From an uncultured Flavobacteriales bacterium (GTDB lineage Bacteria; Bacteroidota; Bacteroidia; Flavobacteriales; BACL11): DNA of 64,000 nucleotides. The stretch is taken from the NCBI GenBank assembly GCA_905181635.1, contig CAJIYM010000004.1, positions 8,642-72,641 on the forward strand, in the 5' to 3' direction. The notes under the pieces are model-generated. The model was given only the letters and a program-made list of their open reading frames with translations. It searched no databases and was not told where the DNA came from. Positions 26,029 through 33,473 of this stretch are shown in pieces. Numbering within the stretch: position 1 is the stretch's first letter; each line of letters starts with the position of its first letter. The position numbers and the translations under genes were made by a program.

Positions 26029-27143
26029 AAATATTCACAATAATAACGCTAATAATACTGCTACTTTTTTTTACAAAAAACCTCTTCTCTGTAGTTGAAA
26101 AAGAAAACTATACAATTATTAAAAAAATAGAGGATATTGAAATTAGGCAATATAAAAGCTCAATTTATGCCAGTTATATTCCAAAAAATGAAAAAGAAAG
26201 AACTAATTCGTTTAAAAAAGTAGCATCTTTTATTTTTGGTGATAACACAAGCAGTGAAAAAATTAGTATGACATCACCTGTAGTTATAAAAATCCATAAT
26301 GATTACGAAATGGCATTTTTAATGCCTGAACAATACAGCTTAGAAAACTTACCAAAACCTGTCAACAAAGAAATAAACATTTACACTGAACCAGGATCTT
26401 TAAAGGCTTGCATTAAGTACTCTGGATACACAAATAGTTCAGTCGAAAACAGAAAGATAAATGAGCTAAAAAAAATACTATTAAAATATAACTACAATCA
26501 TGAAAATGATTTTGAAGTTTTAGTATATAATTCTCCTTTTGATTTTTTAAACCGAAGAAACGAAATAACTGTAACAATTAACATGGATATAAAAAGTAAA
26601 GAAAATATTTCATCAATAAAGAACATCTATTTTGGAGGAGGATGTTTCTGGTGCACCGAAGCTGTATTTGAACAAGTTAAAGGCGTTGAAATTGTAGCAA
26701 GCGGATATTCAGGAGGCAAGATTAAAAATCCATCTTACAAAGAAGTATCAAAAGGCTTAACTAGTCATGCTGAAGTTTGTAAAATATCATATGATGAAAA
26801 CATAATAAAATTAAACGAACTAGTTGAGATCTTCTTTTACTACCATGACCCCACAACCTTAAATAGACAGGGCAATGATCATGGAGCACATTACAGATCA
26901 ATAATACTTTATAATAATGATGATGAAGAAAATATAATTAATACAGTCAAAAATAAAATTAACGAAGAAAAATATGACGGTAAAATTATTACAGAAATAA
27001 AAGAATTTTCCAATTTTTACTACGCTGAGGAGTTACATCAAAACTATTTTAAAGAAAATTCATCTCAGCCATACTGCGAAATAGTTATCTCACCCAAAGT
27101 AAGTAAGGTTAGATCAGAACTAAATAAATATTTCAAGAATTAA
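26025..27143 (+). CDS. msrA: Fusion protein: N-terminal TM/signal anchor, SOUL heme-binding-like domain, and peptide-methionine (S)-S-oxide reductase MsrA
   Basis: SOUL-like motifs FIFGDN...ISMTSPV, MAFLMP and RRNEITV in residues about 25-190. The MsrA catalytic motif GGGCFWCTEAVF and the rest of MsrA occupy the C-terminal half. Confidence 0.85.
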   Translation: MKIFTIITLIILLLFFTKNLFSVVEKENYTIIKKIEDIEIRQYKSSIYASYIPKNEKERTNSFKKVASFIFGDNTSSEKISMTSPVVIKIHNDYEMAFLMPEQYSLENLPKPVNKEINIYTEPGSLKACIKYSGYTNSSVENRKINELKKILLKYNYNHENDFEVLVYNSPFDFLNRRNEITVTINMDIKSKENISSIKNIYFGGGCFWCTEAVFEQVKGVEIVASGYSGGKIKNPSYKEVSKGLTSHAEVCKISYDENIIKLNELVEIFFYYHDPTTLNRQGNDHGAHYRSIILYNNDDEENIINTVKNKINEEKYDGKIITEIKEFSNFYYAEELHQNYFKENSSQPYCEIVISPKVSKVRSELNKYFKN

Positions 27144-27844
27144 CTTTTAATAAAGTTTGAATAATTGAAATTTTTAAATGTCTCATAAAGCAACACATTC
27201 AACAATATCATTAAGTAACCATAAAAAAAATCTTCAATAGGTATTGTAAATATCCTGTACCCTAAGTTCTCTAAGTCATTGTACCATACCACTTCATTTT
27301 CAATCCACATACCAGTAAGTAGCCCATTACTTATGACCATAAAAGGTAAAATGCTAATGAATGAGATTGTAATTGTATTAATATTAATCTTTCTATATAA
27401 ACAAAATAAAAGTGCCATTGATAATAATCCAAAAGTGTAAGAAGTATACATTTTCTCAAAATTATATATAAATAATATTGATGATAAAATAATTAAGAAA
27501 GAAGTAATAATTCTTGATTTATATAATTTATTTATGTTAGGAAAATACTCTCTAATAACAAAATATGTAAAAACACAAGCATAAGGAATACAGAAAAAAA
27601 ACAAACCTTCTTCAATTGGAATATTCTGAGTTAAAAATAATCCAGTTAGATAATCTGATCTAAAACCCCACACTCCAATTTCAACAAATATATGATCCCA
27701 AATAATAAATAAAATAGCTATAATGATATTTGCAGGAATAAAATATCTCCATTGCTTATAAAATTTATGTTTGAGTAAAAAACTAAAAATAAAAGGAATA
27801 ATTATACAGCCAACATTTATGAGTAGATACAAGTATTGCTTCAT
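27140..27844 (-). CDS. Lycopene beta-cyclase of the fused CrtYc/CrtYd (lycopene-cyclase-domain) type
   Basis: 234-aa polytopic membrane protein with two copies of the PxE(E/D) signature (IPIEEGLFF and IPIEDFFYG). Sits between crtZ and the msrA fusion. Confidence 0.7.
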   Translation of the reverse strand: MKQYLYLLINVGCIIIPFIFSFLLKHKFYKQWRYFIPANIIIAILFIIWDHIFVEIGVWGFRSDYLTGLFLTQNIPIEEGLFFFCIPYACVFTYFVIREYFPNINKLYKSRIITSFLIILSSILFIYNFEKMYTSYTFGLLSMALLFCLYRKININTITISFISILPFMVISNGLLTGMWIENEVVWYNDLENLGYRIFTIPIEDFFYGYLMILLNVLLYETFKNFNYSNFIKS

Positions 27845-28305
27845 TTTCTATTATATTGTTCTCTAAAGTATTTAAAAGGTACAATAAGCATACCAAAACT
27901 TTCTCCATCATACTTATCTAAATACTTATGGTGCACCTTATGGCCTTTTCTTAATGCAAGCAAATACTGCGATTTAGTTTTTTTAAACCATTTAAATCTT
28001 TGATGAATAAATATATCATGTACAAGAAAGTAAGCTAAGCCGTAAAACAAAATACCTAAACCTATAAAGAATAAGTTATTTAAAGCTGGGAATGAACCAT
28101 AATAAAAAAGCATTATACTAGGAATAGCAAAAACTAAAAAAAAAGTATCATTCTTTTCAAAAATACTATTATATCTGGGTTGATGATGATCCTTATGTAA
28201 TACCCAAAGAAATCCATGCATTACATATTTATGAGTGAACCAAGTAATACATTCCATCACTAAAAAAGTTAATAGTGTTATTGCGATATAATTAAGTATA
28301 ATCAT
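27841..28305 (-). CDS. crtZ: Beta-carotene 3-hydroxylase
   Basis: Fatty-acid-hydroxylase His boxes HKYVMHG, HKDHH, HDIFIHQR and HKVHH. 154 aa. Confidence 0.9.
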   Translation of the reverse strand: MIILNYIAITLLTFLVMECITWFTHKYVMHGFLWVLHKDHHQPRYNSIFEKNDTFFLVFAIPSIMLFYYGSFPALNNLFFIGLGILFYGLAYFLVHDIFIHQRFKWFKKTKSQYLLALRKGHKVHHKYLDKYDGESFGMLIVPFKYFREQYNRK

Positions 28306-28310
28306 AAAAT

Positions 28311-29222
28311 TTAGTTTTTTTCTTTTAATTCTTTATCAATAGCAATACCAACATTTGGATACTGGAATTTAAAGCCTGTTGACATAAGTTTTTTTACAGA
28401 TACTGCTATATCAGTTGATAATATTTTTCTTCTTTGACCAAGCAACAATCTTAGAACAAAAGTAGGTATCTTTATAAGAAGAGAATATCTAAAATATTTA
28501 TTTTTAATAACATTTAGAAATTCTGCTTGATTAGTTTTGCTTTCAGTAGCAAGATTGTAAGCACCATTAACATTTTTATTTTTCAATGAAAAAAGAATAA
28601 AACTTGACAAATCATCTAAGTGTATCCACTCAAAAGATTGAACTCTCTTGCCCAAAATAGGAGCAACTCCAAATTTCATTGACAAAAGAATAGGCTTTAG
28701 AAAGCCTGATGATTTAGTAAAGATCAAAGAAATTCTTAATTTAATAACTCGGGTATTAATTGTCGTAAAATCGTTAGCAGATTTCTCCCAGTCAATTGCT
28801 AATTTTGCAAGCCAATCATTAGCAGGCAAGTCAGATTCAACTTTAATTCCAATGGAATCAAAACCATAATAACCTATAGCAGAAGCGCTAACAAAAGTTT
28901 TAATATTAATTTTTTTTTCTTTACAATAATTAAAAAGTAAATTAGCAGCATCAACTCTACTAACATACATCTTTTTTTTATTTTCTTCTGTCCATTTATT
29001 AATTACACCATATCCAGAAAGATGAACTATATGAGAACAATTGGCCAAAGGAGCTTTATCAAAAACGCCACTTCCAACATCCCAATAAAAAATATTTTTA
29101 TTATTTATTATATTTAAGTTAGAAGAGTAAAAAAAAACTTTAAAACCATCAATTTCTAATTTTTTAGCAACAGATTTAGCTAGATTTCCGCTTGCACCAG
29201 TAATAATGACTATCTCCTTCAT
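28311..29222 (-). CDS. TIGR01777-family NAD-binding epimerase-like protein (YfcH-like, DUF1731 C-terminus)
   Basis: Rossmann N-terminus ITGASGNLAKS. The length and the C-terminal GFKFQYPNVGIAI block are typical of the family. Confidence 0.7.
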   Translation of the reverse strand: MKEIVIITGASGNLAKSVAKKLEIDGFKVFFYSSNLNIINNKNIFYWDVGSGVFDKAPLANCSHIVHLSGYGVINKWTEENKKKMYVSRVDAANLLFNYCKEKKINIKTFVSASAIGYYGFDSIGIKVESDLPANDWLAKLAIDWEKSANDFTTINTRVIKLRISLIFTKSSGFLKPILLSMKFGVAPILGKRVQSFEWIHLDDLSSFILFSLKNKNVNGAYNLATESKTNQAEFLNVIKNKYFRYSLLIKIPTFVLRLLLGQRRKILSTDIAVSVKKLMSTGFKFQYPNVGIAIDKELKEKN

Positions 29223-29229
29223 AACTAAA

Positions 29230-29688
29230 TTAAATGTTAAACATCTTTTCCATTAAATTAAACCTATAATCAAAAACATATTTTAGTTTTTTCTTTATAA
29301 AAAAATAATTCACAATATCTCCAATAAATCCAAATGGAGGAATGTAAGTGATAATATCTTTCATAACCACAAAATCACCATTATCCTCAAAAATATGCTG
29401 ATGATGCCATAGCTTGTAAGGACCGAGCCTTTGTTCATCAACAAATAAATGATTTTTTTTGACTTGAGTAATTTCAGAAACCCAATCCATTTTAAAATTT
29501 AATACTGGTGAAACTTTGTAAGTAATAATCATGCCCGAATAAATTTTCTCATTCTGATTACCTGATTTCACCTCAAATTTCATTTCTTTTGGGGTAATAA
29601 GCTCTAAATTCTTTGGGGAAGTAACAAATTCCCATAATTTATCAATCTTACAATTTATAACTTGCTCTTTTTTAATTTGATAATACAT
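29230..29688 (-). CDS. SRPBCC (START/Bet v1-like) ligand-binding protein
   Basis: 152 aa. WEFVTSPKNLELITP and LGPYKLWHHQHIFE resemble the SRPBCC proteins that accompany TIGR01777 genes. Confidence 0.6.
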   Translation of the reverse strand: MYYQIKKEQVINCKIDKLWEFVTSPKNLELITPKEMKFEVKSGNQNEKIYSGMIITYKVSPVLNFKMDWVSEITQVKKNHLFVDEQRLGPYKLWHHQHIFEDNGDFVVMKDIITYIPPFGFIGDIVNYFFIKKKLKYVFDYRFNLMEKMFNI

Positions 29689-29692
29689 GTAA

Positions 29693-30574
29693 TTATTTAG
29701 ATATAAGGTTAATAAAACTATTTACATCAGTAAAAATATTTACACTGCTTTTTTTGACAATCATCTTAGAAGTCATCTCTGATGATATAATATATTTATT
29801 TGCAGATTGAAAATTAGATTCAAGATATTCAACTGTAGAATTAATGTTAATTATTGACGAGTTTGAGACTGCAAACATTAGAGTATTATTAATTTTTATT
29901 TTATCATCTACTTGATTTAATGACCCATAAGGAAGGTTTGAACCAAGATAAATAACGTTAAATCCATTTTTTACTAATAAAAACCTAGCAAATAGAAGAC
30001 CTATTTCATGAAACTCATTTTCAGGCAGAAACAATAACCATGTGTCTCTAGTATTCTCTTTTTTAAAATAAATATCACTAGCAACAATTAACTTTTGTTT
30101 AATGTTTTCAGAAAGAAAATGTTCTTGAGAAGGAGCCATCCTGTTAGTTAACCAAAGAATACCTATCCTATCTAAGGTAATTAGAATGACTTTTTTATAA
30201 AAATCAAGAATGCCAAAATCTGAAACACCATCTTCAAACAATTTATTAAATTTAGATGTGCTAAATTCTAATGTTGAGATAATTATTTGACTAATGTAAT
30301 AGCTTTCCCTTCCTTTTGTCTGCTTAACTTTTATCTCATCAACTATTTTAAATAAATCAATCTTAGAAATCCTAGAAATCTTAGAAATCTTATATCCATT
30401 TTCCAATAAATAATTAGTATTTAAAGCTCTAACAATCATATCGTCAGTATAGATCCTGATATTTGTTTCAGATCTATTTGCTTTTAAATAATCATAACGA
30501 TTCTCCCAGGTTCTTAAAACAAATTTTGTTATACCTGTAATGCTTGAAAATTGATCAATACTATACTGTCCCAT
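29693..30574 (-). CDS. CarH/LitR-type MerR regulator with an adenosylcobalamin-binding photosensor domain
   Basis: N-terminal MerR HTH (YSIDQFSSITGITKFVLRTWENRY). Both CarH signatures are present in the C-terminal half: Wx9EH (WLTNRMAPSQEH) and the lower-axial-ligand motif ExHxxG (EFHEIG), followed by a Rossmann-like GFNVIYLGSNLP. A -7 box TACTTTTG lies at 30588..30595. Confidence 0.85.
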   Translation of the reverse strand: MGQYSIDQFSSITGITKFVLRTWENRYDYLKANRSETNIRIYTDDMIVRALNTNYLLENGYKISKISRISKIDLFKIVDEIKVKQTKGRESYYISQIIISTLEFSTSKFNKLFEDGVSDFGILDFYKKVILITLDRIGILWLTNRMAPSQEHFLSENIKQKLIVASDIYFKKENTRDTWLLFLPENEFHEIGLLFARFLLVKNGFNVIYLGSNLPYGSLNQVDDKIKINNTLMFAVSNSSIININSTVEYLESNFQSANKYIISSEMTSKMIVKKSSVNIFTDVNSFINLISK

Positions 30575-30602
30575 AAAAAAATTTTAACAAAAGTACAAAA
30601 AT

Positions 30603-30632
30603 TGTATAGAATAATATTAAAACATCTATACA
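30603..30632. promoter_or_regulatory. Palindromic operator site C in the carH/crtI divergent promoter: TGTATAGA-N14-TCTATACA
   Basis: atTGTATAGAataatattaaaacaTCTATACAttc. The left half is 7 nt (30596..30602) from the carH -7 box. The crtI -7 box TAAATTTG is at 30664..30671. Confidence 0.7.
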
Positions 30633-30696
30633 TTCTTAACTAGACAATAACAAAAAATTTATATAAATTTGCAAAAAAATTAATTCCAAATAAATT

Positions 30697-32163
30697 TTGA
30701 AAAAAGTTATAGTAATAGGTAGTGGCTTTGCTGGTTTGAGCTCAGCAGCGTATCTTTCAAAAGAAGGTTTTGATGTTACTATTATAGAAAAAAATAAGGA
30801 AATTGGGGGCCGTGCTAGAAACTTTAAGGCTAAGGGATACACATTTGATATGGGTCCAAGCTGGTATTGGATGCCAGAAATTTTTGATAATTTCTTTAAT
30901 AGTTTTAATTACAAAACAAAGGATTTTTATGAACTAATAAAATTAAATCCTGGCTTTAAAGTTGTATTTGATAATTCAGATATGGCCCTTCCTGCTAATT
31001 GGAGTGAAATATGTGATTTATTTGATAAATATGAAGTAAACGGCGCGAGGAAATTAAACAATTTCATGGAAGATGCAGAAAAAAAATATAGTATAGGTCT
31101 TAGATTTTTATATAATTCTCCCGGGCTTTCTATTACTGAATTACTAAAAAAAGATGTGTTATTTAATGCAAATAAATTGCAATTACTTACTTCTTACAGA
31201 AAACATATTAAAAGACATTTTAAAGACCCTAAATTGATCAGCTTACTTGAGTTTCCAGTTCTATTTTTAGGAACATCAGCAGAGAGCGCTCCGGCTCTAT
31301 ACAGTCTTATGGCATATTCTGGTCTTAAACAAGGTACTTTTTATCCAATGGGAGGCTTTGCTAAAGTCATTGAGAGTATGGCAGAAATATGTAAAAATTA
31401 TGGAGTTAAATTTTTACTAGAAGAGCAAGTAATTAAAATCAATATATCTAACAAAATAGTAAAATCTATTACAACTGAAAAACAAGAGATACGAACTGAC
31501 TTTGTCGTTGGTGCAGCAGATTACGTGCACATTGAATCAAAATTAATTGATAAAAAATACAGAAACTATAATTCTTCATATTGGAAGAAAAGAGAATTTT
31601 CACCATCAGCACTTTTATTTTATCTTGGAGTAAACAAAAAATTAAATAATCTTGAACATCATACATTGTTTTTTGATGAGGACATGGAAAAACTCTCACA
31701 AGAAATTTATGACACCAAAGTTTGGCCTGAAAAACCTCTTTTTTATACATGTTGTCCTGCTAAATCAGAAGAAAATTTAGCACCTAAGGGGAAAGAAAAC
31801 CTTTTCATATTAATGCCAATTTCTGCAGGGCTTGAAGATACCGAAGAGCTTCGTGAAAAGTATTTCCAAATTATTCTTAAAAGACTTGAAAATTACTGTA
31901 AACAAGACATAACATCCAATATTGAATACAAGAAAAGCTATTGCATAAAGAATTTTGAAGAAGATTATTTCGCATACAAAGGAAATGCATATGGTTTAGC
32001 AAATACATTATTACAAACAGCAAACCTAAAACCAAAAATTAAAAACAAGAAGGTTGAAAATCTTTTTTATTGTGGACAATTAACAGTTCCAGGACCTGGA
32101 GTTCCACCTTCAATAATTTCAGGAAAATTAGTAGCAGAACAAATTATTAAAACAAATAAATAA
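30697..32163 (+). CDS. crtI: Phytoene desaturase
   Basis: TTG start. FAD-binding N-terminus KKVIVIGSGFAGLSSA and C-terminal GQLTVPGPGVPPSIISG. Confidence 0.9.
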   Translation: MKKVIVIGSGFAGLSSAAYLSKEGFDVTIIEKNKEIGGRARNFKAKGYTFDMGPSWYWMPEIFDNFFNSFNYKTKDFYELIKLNPGFKVVFDNSDMALPANWSEICDLFDKYEVNGARKLNNFMEDAEKKYSIGLRFLYNSPGLSITELLKKDVLFNANKLQLLTSYRKHIKRHFKDPKLISLLEFPVLFLGTSAESAPALYSLMAYSGLKQGTFYPMGGFAKVIESMAEICKNYGVKFLLEEQVIKINISNKIVKSITTEKQEIRTDFVVGAADYVHIESKLIDKKYRNYNSSYWKKREFSPSALLFYLGVNKKLNNLEHHTLFFDEDMEKLSQEIYDTKVWPEKPLFYTCCPAKSEENLAPKGKENLFILMPISAGLEDTEELREKYFQIILKRLENYCKQDITSNIEYKKSYCIKNFEEDYFAYKGNAYGLANTLLQTANLKPKIKNKKVENLFYCGQLTVPGPGVPPSIISGKLVAEQIIKTNK

Positions 32164-33000
32164 ATGAAAGCTATTTTCGATAAAGTCTCGAATGATTGCA
32201 GTGAAATAACTACCAAATCTTACAGTACAAGTTTTTCATTAGGAATTAAAATATTAGACAAAAGCTTACACAATCCAATTTATGGAATTTACGGTTTTGT
32301 TAGATTTGCAGATGAAATTGTGGATTCATTTCATAATTACAATAAAAAAGAACTATTCAAGAAATATAAAAGTGATACTTATTTAGGGATCAAGAATAAA
32401 ATAAGTTTAAATCCAATTATTAATAGTTTTCAAGAAGTAGTTAATAAATTTAAAATTGATCACTCATTAATAGAGTTATTTCTAGATAGCATGGAAATGG
32501 ACTTAGAGGAACAGCATTACGATGAAAATACTTACAAAAAATATATATTAGGATCGGCAGAAGTAGTTGGGTTAATGTGTTTAACCATTTTTGTTAAAGG
32601 AGATAAAAACCAATACAAGAAGCTTAAGCCATATGCAATGAAACTTGGATCAGCTTTTCAAAAAATAAATTTTTTAAGAGACGTAAATGATGACTTCAAT
32701 GAACTAGGAAGAACTTATTTTCCAGAAGTTAATATGTCAAATTTCAATGATACAGACAAGCTGAAAATTGAAAATGAAATTGAAAATGAATTTACCGAAG
32801 GTTTAAAAGGGATAACGATGTTACCAAACACATCAAAAGGAGGCGTTTACTTAGCTTATAAATATTATTATAATTTATTCAAAAAGATAAAAAGAATACC
32901 TGCTAATAAAATTTTAGAAAAACGGACTAGAATTTCTAATCCTAGAAAATTTATTATATTATTATCATCAATGTTAAGTTATCATTTGAAAAAAATATGA
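32164..33000 (+). CDS. crtB: Phytoene synthase
   Basis: Squalene/phytoene synthase motifs YGFVRFADEIVD and AFQKINFLRDVNDD. Starts 1 nt after the crtI stop. Confidence 0.9.
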   Translation: MKAIFDKVSNDCSEITTKSYSTSFSLGIKILDKSLHNPIYGIYGFVRFADEIVDSFHNYNKKELFKKYKSDTYLGIKNKISLNPIINSFQEVVNKFKIDHSLIELFLDSMEMDLEEQHYDENTYKKYILGSAEVVGLMCLTIFVKGDKNQYKKLKPYAMKLGSAFQKINFLRDVNDDFNELGRTYFPEVNMSNFNDTDKLKIENEIENEFTEGLKGITMLPNTSKGGVYLAYKYYYNLFKKIKRIPANKILEKRTRISNPRKFIILLSSMLSYHLKKI

Positions 33001-33455
33001 AGTTAACTAATATTATCATATTATTAGTATTTGTATTCACTTGTAAAGCTCAGACAAATAATCTAGATACGATAAGAAAAGAATACTTAGAAACAATTCA
33101 GAGTGAAGCAAGAATTATCCAATTACTAAATACATGTGAGAAATATAAAGATAATTCAACTATCTCTGCATACAAAACTGTAGCTAAACTGATGCTAATA
33201 GAGTATGACAATAATCCTTTAACGAAGCTTAAATTATTCACTAAATACACTAAAAAACTTGATTCTATTGTCACAAATAACATAAATAATTTAGAAATAC
33301 GCTTTCTAAGATTTTGCACACAAAAACAAACACCAAGATTTTTGGGATACAACGATAATTTAGAATTAGATTATAAATTTATTATACAGAATATTGACAT
33401 TCAATCTAAAGAACTGCAAGAATATATCAATCCAGCATTAAAAAAACTTAAATAA
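32997..33455 (+). CDS. Hypothetical exported helical protein co-transcribed with crtIB
   Basis: Signal peptide MKLTNIIILLVFVFTCKAQ. The ATG overlaps the crtB stop (ATGA). I recognise no motif. Confidence 0.55.
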   Translation: MKLTNIIILLVFVFTCKAQTNNLDTIRKEYLETIQSEARIIQLLNTCEKYKDNSTISAYKTVAKLMLIEYDNNPLTKLKLFTKYTKKLDSIVTNNINNLEIRFLRFCTQKQTPRFLGYNDNLELDYKFIIQNIDIQSKELQEYINPALKKLK

Positions 33456-33473
33456 TAGAATTCGAAGTTATTA

